A DNA stretch of 64,000 bases from Flaccisagitta enflata (lineage: Eukaryota), in the NCBI GenBank assembly GCA_965153355.1, contig OZ231126.1:15128001-15192000 (forward strand), given 5' to 3'. Positions 12,816 through 40,694 of the stretch are shown piece by piece (position 1 is the stretch's first letter; each line of letters starts with the position of its first letter). A program made the translations under genes and the position numbers. A model generated the notes under the pieces. The model saw only the letters and a list, made by a program, of their open reading frames with translations. It did not search any database and was not told where the DNA came from.

Positions 12816-14734
12816 AGAGATATCGTCAAACTAACGGGCAGACAAACAGTCAGAGAGACAGACAAAAAGACAAAGAAACAGACAGACAGAAAACAGAAAG
12901 CCGGTGAGGTTTGGCCGCTATAGTACGTCCAGTCGGTTACTGAAACTCTCTGATTTGACTGCCCAAGTGGCTAACATTTTTTGATGCATGATAAACTGAG
13001 CCTAAACTATAAATTTCATCATCAGGCTGGTGTCATGCTAAGCCAACCATGGACGGGGTGAAATTCGTCAATCTTACATGTTGGAAAATTGAAGAAAATC
13101 ATACATCATCATGTAGCTTAGCTATTATCACATATGGATCCCTACTTGGATATTCTTAAGTACGCTCATTTTTCATGCAAATTAGGCTTAAATAGATATT
13201 GTTGGCAATTTCATTACTAAAAATTTAGCTAAATACGAAAAATAAATCAATATGACAGCAAAGTTCTTATTGATAGGATTCAAACAAATATGTGTGATCA
13301 TGTTTCTGAGATTTTTTTGAATTTTTTCAGTTTTTTGAAAAAATCTCTATAAGTACCATTTCTGGCTGGGTGGGCTGTTGGAAGAAAATTTTTTTTCCCC
13401 AAGCTCTTTTTTACGCCAGTGACGAGGAATCTTTAAAGCAAGCTTCATGAAAAATTTCAACCAAATCGGACAATTACTTTAGAAGTTATGCCATTTTTTT
13501 ATTTTTTCATCTGATAGGCTGGTTGGTCTGGTTGGACTGCTTGACATTCTGTAGGTCGCATCAGAATTTGGGCAAAAGACCAGATAATCATGCGTACTCT
13601 CAATGGGCTAGCTCAAAACCGTTCCTGAGATATGCCAATTTCAATTTTAAGAAATTTTATCAAATTAAGACACAAAAGCATCGCGCATTTGTGTGAGGAG
13701 CGCTGTGTGGAAACAAAGAATTAACTACGACGATCGTCCGACGAGCGTATCAATTCTGTTCACACTTTGAGGACCAACAAAATGTAAAATTTAATCCAGG
13801 CTTAACGCTTGGGGAGTTAAGATTTCAAATTATCGGTATAATCAAAATTTCACGCTCTTTCACAGGGTGTTACCAGCTTCATGTGAATTGTGTCACTTTG
13901 ACACAACAGTGACATATCTAAAGCGTAAGGTATGTTAGGTTCAAGTTTGGGGTGTGCGCGAATTGATACGATCCAAGAAAAATGCTGTTTCTCTCTTAGG
14001 ATCAACCCAACAACATGAAAATGGAGGGAAATGTCCTTCAAGTAGTTGCCTATCGAATGGAAAAAGAAAAAATGCTTAATGTTGAAGATAAATGAGGTTA
14101 GAAAAAATAAATATCATAACATTCAATATTGAGAGAAAAAAAGTAAAAAAATAGAGAAGGGGTAAATTTGATTTTTATACCATTTTTTGACAACTTATTG
14201 ATTGAGTAGTGAGTTGAATTTTTTTGTGTATCCTTTGGGATTGATACTAGTTGATTAAAACTCATCATATCATAAGATGCGACATTTTTTGATTGGTTTT
14301 GCTTGCTATTTCTTATAGGAGACAGAATGGAGACACGCCAAAAAGAGCCCTCTGAACAAATTTTTAGACCCTCTAGGGGTAGGGAGGGTCACAAAAAATG
14401 GTTTGAAATTGTACACTGGGTAGTTATGAATGTCTTTGAACCATTTAAATCATCTATAATGCTGTATCTGAAGCTTGGGCCAACATAGATTGGCAGAAAG
14501 TCGGGCCCTCAAGCATGCTGTGGAACCGTGACATTTGCCAATACTATTAGGCTTAAGTAAACCAGAAAAGGATGAAATATCTTTTTGTGAAATGAATAGG
14601 TGAATACACACTGAGAGCAGTAGCATAACTTTCATATGTTTTTGGAATAGAATGCAAAAAGATTGATTTGAAAAAAATTGAAGTCTGAAAGTGGGAAGGC
14701 AAGATCAACACAATAACAAAAATGGCGCTACTCC

Positions 14735-15016
14735 AGAGATGCGAGGACGCATCTAAAAAATGATCAGGGGTGGTTGGTGAGTGATTGGAGATGGATAAGC
14801 GGTATTTTTGAGGTAGGGTTAACGGACATACATACGGACATATGGACGGACAGACCCTCTTATAGAGATGCGAGGACGCATCTAAAAATGATCAGTGGTG
14901 GTTGGTGAGTGATTGGAGATGGATAAGCGGTATTTTTGAGGTAGGGTTAACGGACATACATATAGACATACGGACGGACAGACCCTCTTATAGAGATGCG
15001 AGGACGCATCTAAAAA
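14735..15016 (-). repeat. Head-to-tail tandem (about 128-bp period) of a HINE 5' end
   Basis: AGAGATGCGAGGACGCATCTAAAAA occurs three times (about 14735, 14863, 14992). Confidence 0.8.
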
Positions 15017-16187
15017 GAAAGATATATAAACTGGGAATGAGCGCCCCCTTATCTTGGTCTGAAGAGAATGAAACGCTCTTTTTTCAGTGGAATGCGAGTG
15101 GGACCGTCGCTGGAATGGGAAGAAAATGGGATTCAGCGAAAACAAAATCCCCCACGCAAGAGAGAGAGACCTCGATAAGGAAAACTTGCACCGCGTGCGA
15201 CCATTTTTTTTCTCTATTTCTTCATCCCATTCCAGTAATGATTCGACGAGCAAAAACATTTCCCCAAGAATGTTCATAGTCTGATATGTGATGGGACTAT
15301 CGTTGCATTCCTTAGTATCAAACCAGCTTTGAGATATGAGTAGAAAGAAACTAATGTCGATTTCAATTTTCAAAAGAAATATTGACAATCGGGTAACATA
15401 AAATTCGCGTCACTAAATACCCCCGCCAAGACACGCACGCGACATCAGTCAGGCCGTGGGTCCAGCATAATTCAAAATAGATATTGGTGGTGGAGAAGGA
15501 GGAATAGAGCTTGCATGTTATACTTTAGTTATACCCTTGGTTATTCTTATAATACGTACTTGCCGCAAACCAGATGTGTGTACTAATACGCCCATCATTA
15601 TTGGAGCCGCTTAGGCTAACGGACAAAAAGATACGATGCCGAGACTATTCATTAGAGTGTGAAGTCGACTACCAAGTATCAGTTCATGGACAAAACATTT
15701 CGCTGAACAAGAAGACCGACTGGAGGGAGGACGGGAGGAGGATTAGCCTAAGCCTCGAGGATTTTTTCTGTTCAACGAAGAGTGAAAATTGAGGACAGTT
15801 GATTCAGCAGAAAATCCATTTAAATATGCAAACGAGAAGCTCGTTGTGAAAACCGCGCGAGGCTTGTTGAGCGACATCAGCGTAAATTGGCAAGGGCTCA
15901 ACGAATGAACCGTCGCCCGAGTGGAATAAGTTTAATCGATGAGAATACAACATAAAATTTCTTCCGGTATCTTCAGTTTCAGTAAAATATCAATACAGTT
16001 TCATGATCATTTCAGAAAATGATGGCGACGGTTTTGGAGATAAGGATGATGCTTGAAAATCTAGAGTAAAAGAATGTAATGCGCGTACTTGAGCGCACGT
16101 GTGTCTTTGCGCGCCATCAATTGACGGTTTGTTTCTCCGCCCCCACAGAGGTTTTTTTCGTGTGGTGAGATTGTGTCTGGTTACAAT

Positions 16188-17934
<1,747 letters not shown>

Positions 17935-18894
17935 GTTACAATAAAATCATTGCTAAGGCTCAAATAATGTCAAATTGTGCTTTATCAACCGTATTTACCG
18001 TTTTAGTTCTACCATGGGTAATATATCTCCTTCGATTCTCTCAAACCACCAAGGGTGTATAAACTGTATATACTGATTTGACGGCTTTTGATTGATAGGG
18101 GAAAACAATTCCATCTGCAGGAAACCGTTACATTTTCGGCATTAAGTGTTTTGGTCCTTAGCTTAAACGAATTCATTCGAATCAGTGAAGATTCGGAATA
18201 TGATTTTTTTTCTTCTCACTTAGAGTGAACGTGGAAAGCTATTCGGCTCGGGCGGCATACCTGACTAAATGTAGAACAGCAACGCATTGAGATATGGACG
18301 GTCAGTGAAGGGATCGGTCGCGCATCAAAAATATTGCTCATTTACTCCAATAATGATATGAAATTTCAATGGACACATATGACTGAAAGACAGGAAACAA
18401 AAGGAAAACAATAATTTTCTTCAGCATCCAGACATAACGGAATATTTCTGAAAATTTTTAAGTCGCTTATACTAAATATTTCATATCGGACGGTTGATCA
18501 TCTAGTTGTCTGTTTCGCTGAATTAGAGAAAATTAATACTTTCTTACGCTGATGATTAGTAGGACCTCCAATCTTCATCAAAAAGGCTAGTAAGATGCTT
18601 AAAACATTAGTTTTAAATAAAAAATTGCCTCTTAATTTTCGAATTAAAATCAATCGCTTTTAAGATCTCGACGACGACTGCAGCGACGCGATATCCGTGT
18701 GTTCGGCGACGGATCTAGACGAAACATCCTCTACGCTCCCGTACGTCAATGAAACGGAAACATGCGCTGAAGCTTTTCATACCACAGACACCCACCATGG
18801 GCCCGACGACCGGGGACTAACCATTAATATTGGCTGGGACGAAAATGTAGCCATCGAAGTTTACTCTGACGGCGAAAACGAAGACATCCAGGAA

Positions 18895-18958
18895 TGTGAG
18901 AGAGAGAGAATGAGAATGTGAGAGAGAATGAGAATGAGAGAGAGAATGAGAGAGAGAG

Positions 18959-19020
<62 letters not shown>

Positions 19021-19142
19021 TAACAAAGATAGATATATTTAAAAAGAATGCAAAAGATGCGGAGGAATGGAATAGAAAGAAACGAAAGACAAGAATGGAA
19101 AAGAAGAAATAAAGAGAAAGAAAGTAAGAAAGAAAGTAAGAG

Positions 19143-19173
<31 letters not shown>

Positions 19174-19297
19174 AAAAGAGAAAGAGAGAAAGAGAGAAAG
19201 AAAGAGAGAAAGAGAGAAAGAGAGAAAGAGAGAAAAAAAACCAGAAAGAAAAAAAACAGAAAGAGAAAGAACGAAAAAGAACAAAAGAAATAGAACA

Positions 19298-19349
<52 letters not shown>

Positions 19350-19562
19350 AAAACAGCAAGAAAAAAGAACGAAAACGAAAGAAAGAACAAAGAAAGAGAG
19401 AAAGAACAAAAAAAGAAAGAAAGAACAAATAAAGAGAGAAAGAACAAAGAAAAAGAGAAAGAACAAAGAAAAAAGAAAGGAACAAAGAAAGAAAGGAACA
19501 AAGAAAGAGAAAAGAAAGAGAGAAAGAAAAAAAGACAGAAAAGAGAAAGAAAGGAAAAAAAA
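18895..19562. repeat. (GA)n / (GAAA)n purine-rich microsatellite complex
   Basis: Seen directly in the sequence. Confidence 0.9.
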
Positions 19563-19796
19563 CCTGGGTGATGTCATTTACACAATGCTGTCTGCGAACG
19601 AAGGTGTTCACGCGCAGAAAAATAACAACCTCTCCTTCTCATTTCATTCATCCTTAGTGGAACGAAACGCCGAAGATTCATCGGGAAGGGTATTGAACCA
19701 GGAAGCGTTTAGTTTATCGGCGAGTGGAAGATTCTGGTGGGAAAAGGGGCTCATTGGCGCCAATGAAGCCATGTAAGCGCATACGAGTGATGCACT

Positions 19797-21890
<2,094 letters not shown>

Positions 21891-21958
21891 TGTAAGTGAG
21901 ATCACGCCACAGCTATTGAGATATATTGACATCATGACATGACAAGAAAGAGAGGAAG

Positions 21959-22142
<184 letters not shown>

Positions 22143-22280
22143 GGACAGACTGACAGACAGACTAGACACGAAGAGAGAACGACAGAAAGGAAAATGAAAG
22201 TAAGACAGGAAGACAAAACAGACAGATAGAAATTCGGGAAGAAAGATAGACAGTAAAAATAAGCACATTCCTCTTCACAG

Positions 22281-23082
22281 TTCCGTCGATCTCATGTTGA
22301 ATGAGTTCCAAGCGTTGCGAGCAGGGTTTTGTTCTCTACGAAACAGGCTTCGAAACAGCAAGAATCGTCCACGACTATACGACAAAATTTTTCACCTCAA
22401 CGTCTTTCCGGGTGAATTCTTCGGTGATGTCTCGTCGATCAAATTTGACGATAAAAACGATGACGATGTTGAGAAGCGGATGTTGAGAACTCACGTGGGC
22501 GATCTCGAGCACGATCTTGCAGTAATGCAACAAAAATGCTAACGAAGATCCAAGCAACTATTTACAAACCGACGTCAACTCTTTAACGACAAGAAACAAA
22601 TTCTCAGAAAACCACATGATGGCGCTGGAGAGCGAAGTTCAAGAATTTCGTCAACAAACATCCGATTTAAAGCGAAAGGTCGGCGAACTTGAAAATGAGC
22701 AAAAGGCGGAGAATCGAGAAAAAGCAGACAGTCATTGGACGGAACAATTTTTGCAAACTAGGATCGAGTTCTAAAGCTTTGACGAAGACGGCTCTCAAAG
22801 AAAATGTTGCTGAGAACGTTAATGCTTTGGGTGCAAATCGTGGACTCGTTTTTGACCAACTCGTCATGAGAGCTGAAGATGGACGAAAGGTACGCAGAAC
22901 TTGATGCCAAAGAGAAGCAGAGGGTCATCACAGCTTCGGCGTGGAAGGATCGGAGGAGAATTCCCGATGAAAGCTACGCCGAGCTTGGTAAAGTTGGTAC
23001 TATCCCTTGCGCCTCCCACGTCAAATCATATGAAGCGGAATTGAACCAACAGATCGGGACTCCAGAACCGTTAAATGGATGA
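22281..23082 (+). pseudogene. Frameshifted coding remnant (coiled-coil plus a possible transposase N-terminal segment)
   Basis: An acceptor ctcttcacag| is followed by overlapping protein-like ORFs in shifting frames (…HVGDLEHDLAVMQQK; ALESEVQEFRQQTSDLKRKVGELENE; WKDRRRIPDESYAELGKVGTIPCASHVKSYEAELNQQI). Confidence 0.45.
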
Positions 23083-23163
23083 TAAAATCGGAATATTTAA
23101 CTATGAGACAACGGCGACTTAATAGATTGCAGTAGATTGGAACAGACGATTGACAGAGACTGA

Positions 23164-23257
<94 letters not shown>

Positions 23258-24735
23258 AAAGCAATGTTAACAAGTTGTTGATCGCAAACTGCTCAAGATA
23301 GAAATTGAACAGTCACAGAAATTCTTCAATTGCCAAACTATCAGTTTAAGACAAATTCATGCTTCATGTACAGGAGTTTTTCGCGCGAGATTAACGCATC
23401 AACGCCTCGAATCAAACTGACGACCGCGACCCTCCAATTCCAAACATTCCAATGTTCAACATTTTGTACAATGGACTTAATAGTTTTCTCCAATTCTATC
23501 CTGGCCCTCTCAAAACTCGGATTTTATTCTATATTGATCTCAAAAGCGTTTGCGTGATTTTCTTCATTTTTTTGCCTTGGGCGCAACTGACAAACATCAT
23601 TTTGTCAAATGCAACTAACAAACGTGATTTCTGTATATGTTGTTTGAATGGTTCATCTTTCTTTTGATCTCTATTGAATTGAATTATCAATTGCCTTCAT
23701 ATTTGTTTGGTTTATTGAGATTTTTGCTCGATGCCACAAAATAGGTCAAAAGCAAGTGTTTTTTTAAGAAAAAGTTGTCTGTTTGCTGTGGCCGTGAGCA
23801 AAAACCTCATTTGCATACAGTTGTTAATTAGATGCTTTTCTTTGACTAGCTAGCCAATGTAAGGAACACGAAGAAAGGACAGTCTAAAGCGCCGAAACTG
23901 AATTGAAAGGCTCTTACCAATGTCATAAGGCAAAAAGGTTTTTCGTTCGCAAAACCGGTCGGGCACCATCTTATTATTTCAGTGGAAGTTTCATGAGAAG
24001 CCTGTTCGAATACGGTATGAATAAAAATGGCAGGGCAATGTTTTGATGGGAAATTGGGAAATGAGATCCGGTTTAGGCAGATGTATACAAGGCAGAGAGC
24101 CAATTGTTTTACTCATCATCTTCTAATTAGCTAAATATTAACCTTACTTTGATTTTTTAATTAAACTCTTGAAGATTTAATAATACTTGTCATGTCCACC
24201 AATCCTGTAACACTTTTTTCTTGCATGAAATAATTTTAAAAACATCATTCTTATTTAAATTTTTTTTCCCCTAAAAAAAGTCTATTGGTTCAATGCACAA
24301 TAATTATCCCAGGAATCAGGTCCTTCAAACAACTCAACTGGTTTTGAAAATCTTCCCAATATGCTGTCAAGGAGCTCAATATGCTGTCAAGGAGTCAAAC
24401 TAACCCAGTACGTACGGTCAGTCGGAGGATATGCAATTATTTTTGATCATTTTTATAAAATGCTAAAATCTTAATCAAAACAAAAATATATAAAATGATG
24501 CTGGCTTACCTGGTTGAATTACAGAAATCACTAAAAATTTGTCTCAATAAAAATGATAAAGACCAATTAGCACAGATCAAAATGAGAATTCTTCAGTTTT
24601 CTGTTGTTTCTTTAAATCTAAGTTTTCTTTTTTAGTTGAAAAGTTTTCATTACCTAGTCTAACAGCAGTAAAGCCTGACTCAAATGATCTGAGGCTATCT
24701 GCGATGGCAAGATCTACGATTCAGAATTGCTAGGG

Positions 24736-26210
24736 CAGCCGGAGACCCTAGAAAAGCTGATTTTTCAGCTTTTGCTTTTTTTTCAATTTTTCCTTAATTT
24801 CTCTTGGCTAAATGTGCTCATTGAGTGGGTTAATTTTTTTCTTGTTATGGATCCATGGTCTGTAGCTACATTCAGGGGTAGGAAAGTTAAAAATTTTTTA
24901 ACTTTTTTTAACTTTTTGTAACTTTTAAAGCAAAGTTAAAAAGTTAAAAAAAGTTAAAAAGTTAAAAAATCGGGTTAAAAAGTTAAAAAAAGTTAAAAAG
25001 TTAAAAAATCGGGTTAAAAAGTTAAAAAATCTGGTTAAAAAGTTAAAAAATTCGGTTAAAAATTAAAAGATTCAGTTAAAAAGTAAAAAATCCGGTTAAC
25101 AAATTAAAAAATCAGGTTAAAAAGTTTAGAAATCAACAAGTTAAAGAAAGTTTAAAAACCTCTTCTATACAATCCATGCCATCTCATATTTCTCAGTTCA
25201 TTGTATTGTCAAAAAATATAGTGACAGCTGTTACCCTTTTTTGATATTTTTTAACTTTTTTTAACTTTTTTTAACCTTTTAACTTTTTAATTTTCTATTT
25301 TTTAACTTTTTAACTTTTTTTAACTTTTTTTAACTTTTTTTAACTTTTTTTAACCTTTTTTAACTTTTTTTAACTTTTTTAACTTTTTTTAACTTTTTAA
25401 CTTTTTTTTAACCTTTTTTAACTTTTTTTAACTTTTTGTAACTTTTAAAAATCCGGTTAAAAGGTTAAAAAGTTAAAAGTTAAAATTTTTTTTAACCTTC
25501 CTCTGTACATTGTGTGAAAAATTGCGCAATAACTTTTTAGATTTTTCTCAAATCAGAAAATATTGAGTTCAGATGGCAACTTTCAATTTTTTGTTACTTA
25601 CAGATAGATTTTGAGACAATAATTCATCTAGAATGTCAAATCCTTTAGCACTCATAATAAATAGGTCAAAACGCCTTAAATATCTAAAGCCAAAGTTTAA
25701 CTTTGGTTGTTAGATTGCTAATTCTGAGCTTAGAGGCTGAGCTGAGACTTACCTCCTCCCATACGTAAGTCTCAAAAAGCCCAACTCTGAGCTTTTTAAA
25801 GTCAGAATTTTTGAGCTCTAGCAACTTGAGACTTAAGCTTTAGAGCTCGTGTTCTGATTTCAAAGCGCTTTTAAATATTTAAAAGCCTAAAAGCGTTTTG
25901 ACCTATTTATTGATGAGTGCTAAAGGATGTGACATTCTAGATGAATTCCTTGTCTCAAAATCTATCTGTAAGCCAAAAATTAGAAAAATTGAAAGGTGCC
26001 ATCTGAACCCAATTTTTTTCATGATTTCAGAAAAAATGCTAAAATTGAGTTAACAACCACAATTTTTTTACACAATGTAGCAACAGACCATAGGTCCATG
26101 ACAAAAAAGAAGTTAGCCCACTCAATGAGCTCATTTAGCCAAGAGAAGTTAAGGAAAAATTGAAAAAAATGCAAAAGCTGAAAAATCAGCTTTTCTAGGG
26201 TCTCCGGCTG
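24736..26210. mobile_element. Palindromic MITE with a 5-bp TSD (TAGGG)
   Basis: The TIRs are CAGCCGGAGACCCTAGAAAAGCTG... / ...CAGCTTTTCTAGGGTCTCCGGCTG, with arms inverted over hundreds of bp. TAGGG lies at 24731-24735 and 26211-26215. Confidence 0.88.
24873..25505. mobile_element. Nested element with a 6-bp TSD (TACATT), built of inverted (TTTTTTAAC)n arrays
   Basis: The ends are CAGGGGTAGG / CCTTCCTCTG with TACATT on both flanks. The opposite arm of the host MITE (about 26074) shows the single empty site. Confidence 0.85.
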
Positions 26211-26859
26211 TAGGGTACATGTTCGGTCAATCTTGGTCAATCTTGGTCAATCTTGGTCAATCTTGGTCAATCTTGGTCTAACTGTAAATTGTCTTGATCA
26301 TTAATCCCTGGATACCGGCTATAATTGAAGAGATTCAAAGAGCCTTGGTGCAAGTGATGAAACGTGGTACCCACTCGCTCATTATGATACAAATTATCTA
26401 ACCAGTGCGTTAGGCGAAATTTTCAAATAATGAAGAAAACCTCCCAAAAAACAAAATGCATTAGGGCGATACCTCCACTCCCGCTAGAGTGTCTGGACCC
26501 AAAGGCCTCAAAATTAAATCAAGTTCAGGAATGTTATCACTTCTCAGTATCGGGACAAAAGCTCAACGACGATTAACTGATCTTGATGTTCATAAGTAGA
26601 GATTATACAGTAAGAAGACGTAAAAATCAGCACTTTAAAACGCATTTAAAAAAAAAATTGATACACCAAAAACTTATGTTTCGCAACCCTCAAAACGCAA
26701 ATTAGCGGTTTATGTATGAATTAGCACAACAAATTTTCAAGATTATTTGAAAGATCTTTAACATTGTACGTTAAAAATCTATTTGATTTTCATTCTTAAT
26801 CAAACATCTTTGTAGCGATAGCCAAGTGGTAATATTTTTTATTCGTGAGAAAAGATGTT

Positions 26860-36404
<9,545 letters not shown>

Positions 36405-36526
36405 GGACGACGACGTCACGAAAAAGACGAGAGACGCGCGAGTCGATGACGTCTCTATCTAGGGAGGGAAGCAGCAAAGAGAGTGATTCGATTTAATGTG
36501 AAATGAATGTGGAACGAGACAAGAAA

Positions 36527-36611
<85 letters not shown>

Positions 36612-37585
36612 ACACACACACACAGAGACAAACAGAGAGACAGGAACATACACAATGATAGGCAAACAGGACAAGAACAGAGACAGGCAGCCAAAGAGAG
36701 GAGCTCAGTCCGCAGTCAATGACAAAAATCAGTTATAGGGTTTCATTTTGGCAAAGAGCGTCACGTTTCGTAGATAGATCATCCGAAGAATTCACAAATG
36801 CGTTTTTATTTGAAGAAATTGTCATGTTTAATATCTCCTTCCATTAAACCTCATAACAGATGCCGAGGGACCAATAAATTCCAATCAAATTTCTATTATT
36901 GCCAACACAGAAAATGTAAAGAAATCACATGATGGGAAAATATTTTCGTTAAGAGGTGGATTTCCATATTTTTTTTTCTATAGCGGGTATTTATTTACAG
37001 TTCTATTAGAAACCTTGTTTTTAGTCGCGTGCACGCGACTTCATGACCCACTCAGTTTGTCTGTCTGTGTCTGTCGGTCAGTCACGCTTGGCTTTTTTTC
37101 TTCGTTTTACGTCATTTTAAGACATGAAAAGTCATTTTGCTCTCTTAGTCTCTTGGTCTCTTGGTCTCAAAGTCTCTTAGTCATTTAGTCTCTTGGTCTA
37201 AACCGCACGCGACTGTAAGGTTTTGGCCTTGTTTACAGTTTTAAAATCACACATCCATGTGTTACAGAGTAAGAAACTGGGACTTAATATCCTAGAGCAG
37301 TTAAAGATGCGACTATGATATAACCTATTATCCTATTTTTTGCCTTTCTCTTCCTCATCTTCTTGGTTTTTTTTCCAAAACTAACGTCATTGATAATTTT
37401 GTTAATTTTATGACGTAGATATTTAACGAAACATCTCAGTCATCTTTACCTGTGTCTCTGTCTCAGTCTGTAATCATTCAATGTGTAACTTTGTTTTCTC
37501 ATCTTCTTTGCTGGTATGTCTGTTTCACTATCTCTCTGTTTATCTTTGTCCGTCTTTGTCTATGTTAGTCTCCCTGTCTTTGTCT

Positions 37586-37618
<33 letters not shown>

Positions 37619-37837
37619 GGCGAGAGGGCGAGAGAGCGAGAGAGCGAGAGAGCGAGAGAGCAAGAGAGCGAGAGAGAGTGTGTGTGTGTGTGTTAATGTC
37701 TCTTTCTCGCTCTCTTTCTACCGGTCTGTCTGTGTGTCTCTTTCTACCGGTCTGTCTGTGTGTCTCTTTCTGCCGGTCTGTCTGTGTCTTTTTCTGCCGG
37801 TCTGTCTGTCTATTTTTACTGTCCGCCTCTCTATGTG

Positions 37838-37918
<81 letters not shown>

Positions 37919-38814
37919 CTCAGGTTTCGTAGCAAAAAAGTCTAGATTTCAACCGCGACATTGCAATGAAGTGCGGAAGCAGATGGGGGCAGGTAAACTT
38001 AATAGTATTCAATCAAACCCATAAAGATCGGTTTCCATCATCCCCTTACCCACTTCCTTCTACACTTTTTAGTCGCGTGCTGCCCGACACCCCGCTATGT
38101 CGGTCCGTCGGTCAGTCCGTTGGTCCGTCGGTCCCCTTTCTACTTTTTTGGCATTTGAAGCTTTTTGAGCCTACCGCTCCTGCCCAGATGCTCTGGTGAC
38201 CTTCTCCAGCACTGCTCCTGCCCACCGCTGTGTCCGTCCATTAGTCGGTCCCATTATACTTTTTTATTATGTTTTTACGGTCTTTAGCTGCTCGGCTCCT
38301 GCCCAAATGCTCCAGTAACTCAAATACTGCCCCTGCCCACCCCCATGCGACTGGGGTAGCCGTGTATCCGGCCTCATTTTTCCTTTTAGTCGCGTGCTAC
38401 GCGACTCTACACCGCTCTTTGTTGGTCTGTCGGTCCGTCACAGTTTACTATTCTGGGGTTTTAGCGGTCTTTAGGCTCACTGCTCCCGCCCAAATGATGA
38501 AGTGACCTCAAATATGGCCCCTGTTCACCCGCACGGGACTGGGGTAGCCGTGTATCCAGCCTTGTTTGGGAAGAATGGTGTGTTCAATAACATTTTCAGC
38601 CCTCAAATTCCTAAACAAAAACATCCTGTCATCGCCCATTCACGGAAGGGAATGTTCAAATATCAAGTCTTGACAGTGCTAATGACAGTGACAGACCAAA
38701 TGAAGGAATGGCGGAAGTTGTACCGGCCGAAAAGAGAGAAGAGAGAAGAGAGAGAGAGAAGAGAGAAGGAGAGGGAGAAACAGAGAGAGACGGAATCTTG
38801 TTTGTGCTAAATAA

Positions 38815-39996
38815 TCGGGAAAAAAGTCGAAGTCACTTTTCGACTTTTTGACACATTCCAGAGAAACAGGGTCTTCATTTTCTTATGCGGAAGTTTCGCA
38901 ACTCATGCGAGCAATTAAGCCCTCCTATGAAATTGATAGGGTAAGTAAATTTGATAATTTTCTTTCATTTGGCGCTAAGCAGAATTCTCCACGACAAATA
39001 TTTTTCAATTTGAATTTTTTAAAGATTAATTTAAAAATAATTCAAATTGAATTAATTTTTTATGATTTTGTGTGCGATCAATAAAAAGTGTATTGATGCT
39101 TGTTTGAGCATGCAAATACAAGAAAACATGTTTATGAGCGTGGCTGCTCATCAGTGAGAGTTTTTTCAATATTCTAGCTCAATTAGCTTGTTCAGCTCAA
39201 TCTTTTTTTTTATGATTTTAAATGGGATAAATGAATAAATGTTTTGATATATGTTTGAGCATGCAAATACTCGAAAGCATGTCAGTGAGCATTACGCCTA
39301 TTGCATCCTGAGACTACATTAAATCGCTCTTATGTGCCCTCTTCATAATGTGACACTCATGATTTCGTTTCAAACAAACCAATGCGCAGCTTTCTAGCTT
39401 GATGGGAACTTTTTTTAAGGTCAATTTGAAATTAACAAAGAAAGTATTAAGATTTTCTTAAGCGGATTCTTAAGGGGATTCTTTCCCATTCATTTTAACG
39501 TAAATTTTGAACGAGCCCTAAAAAAGGTTCCCATCAAGCTAGGAAGCTGTGCATTGGCTGGTTTGAAACAAAATTGTGAGTGTCACATTATGAAGGGGGT
39601 ATTTAAGAGCGATTTAGCAAAATCCAGGGGTGCAATCGGCGTAGTGAGCATAGCTGCTTATTCAAAGGGTATTCTTAAGTATTCTAGCTCATTTAGCTCA
39701 GTCTATTTTTCTGATTTTACATGGGATAACTAAATGTTTTGATGAAGGCATACAAATACAAGAAAGCATGTAAGTAAGCATAGCTGGTTGTCTGGCAGAG
39801 TGATTAAGTATTTTAGCTGATCTAGCTCATTTGGCTGTCCTATTTTTTTCTGATTTCGGTGCAATCAATACATGAAATTGTTCTTGATTTGATCAAATTT
39901 ATAAAAAATAAATTGCAGTGACTGAAGATAAAAGCTTGGTGAAAAGTGACCAAAGCTCACGACTTTTTTCCTCACGGCTACAGCCGCCGTTACTGG
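38815..39996 (+). mobile_element. Helitron-like family H, copy 3 (contains a hAT MITE)
   Basis: The termini are A|TCGGGA...TTACTGG|T. Confidence 0.8.
39293..39643. mobile_element. Palindromic hAT-type MITE with an 8-bp TSD (GTGAGCAT)
   Basis: The TIRs are TACGCCTATTGCATCC / GGTGCAATCGGCGTA. The TSD lies at 39285-39292 and 39644-39651. Confidence 0.88.
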
Positions 39997-40293
39997 TAAA
40001 GTTGTATCTCTTATTCACTAACGAAGATGGTAAAGTAACAAGGCCAACACCTTACAGTCGCGTGCGGTTGTTAAGACCATAAGACCAAAAAACTAAAAGA
40101 CTAAAATACCAAAAGACTAAAAGACCAAAAGACTAAAAGACCAAAAGACTAAAAGACTAAATTTAAATTGTCTTGAAATACTTTTACTTGAAATTACTTA
40201 AAATGACGTAAAACGACAAAAAAAAAGCTATGCGTGACTGATGGCCAGACAAACCGACAGAGAGCAGGTCATAGAGTCGCATACAAGCAATTA

Positions 40294-40694
40294 CAGACAG
40301 GACCCTAATAAGAGCTGAGGAGGGACCCAAAGTTTAGCAGCCCCCCTTAAAGCTTACATAGGTCAAGCAATTTTCTTACTTCCAATGGCGGTCGATACCT
40401 TAAGTGGATATAATTGGCGCCACAATGGCGATTTTTGAATTTCCACAAAGAACACCCCTAAATTTTCAAAATTGATGAAAAAAATGATTTGATTTTTTTT
40501 AGCAAATTTGGTTGATTTACCAAAATTTAGGGGTGTTCTAAGTGGAAATTCAAGAATCGCCACAATGGCGCCAATAGTATCCACCTGACGTGTCAACCGC
40601 CACTAGAAGTAAGAAAATTACTTGAGCCATGTAAGCTTTAAGAGGGGCTGCTAAACTTTGGGTCCCTCCTCAGTTCTTATTAGGGTCCTGTCTG
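40294..40694. mobile_element. Palindromic TA MITE, same family as 30996-31404
   Basis: The termini are CAGACAGGACCCTAATAAG... / ...CTTATTAGGGTCCTGTCTG with TA flanks. Confidence 0.88.

Noticed and set aside
12900..14530. TE-terminus-like AT-rich sequence (also about 44060-46150 and 57335-58120)
   Set aside because: I could not find matching inverted termini or TSDs within the window, so no boundaries can be supported.
18243..18290. Faint resemblance to a large-subunit rRNA segment (GGGCGGCATACCTG...AACGCA)
   Set aside because: The match is too short and there is no flanking rRNA similarity.
24890..25500. (TTTTTTAAC)n as interstitial telomeric repeat
   Set aside because: It is not a G-rich telomere motif, and it is bounded by TIRs and a 6-bp TSD, so it is the interior of a transposon.
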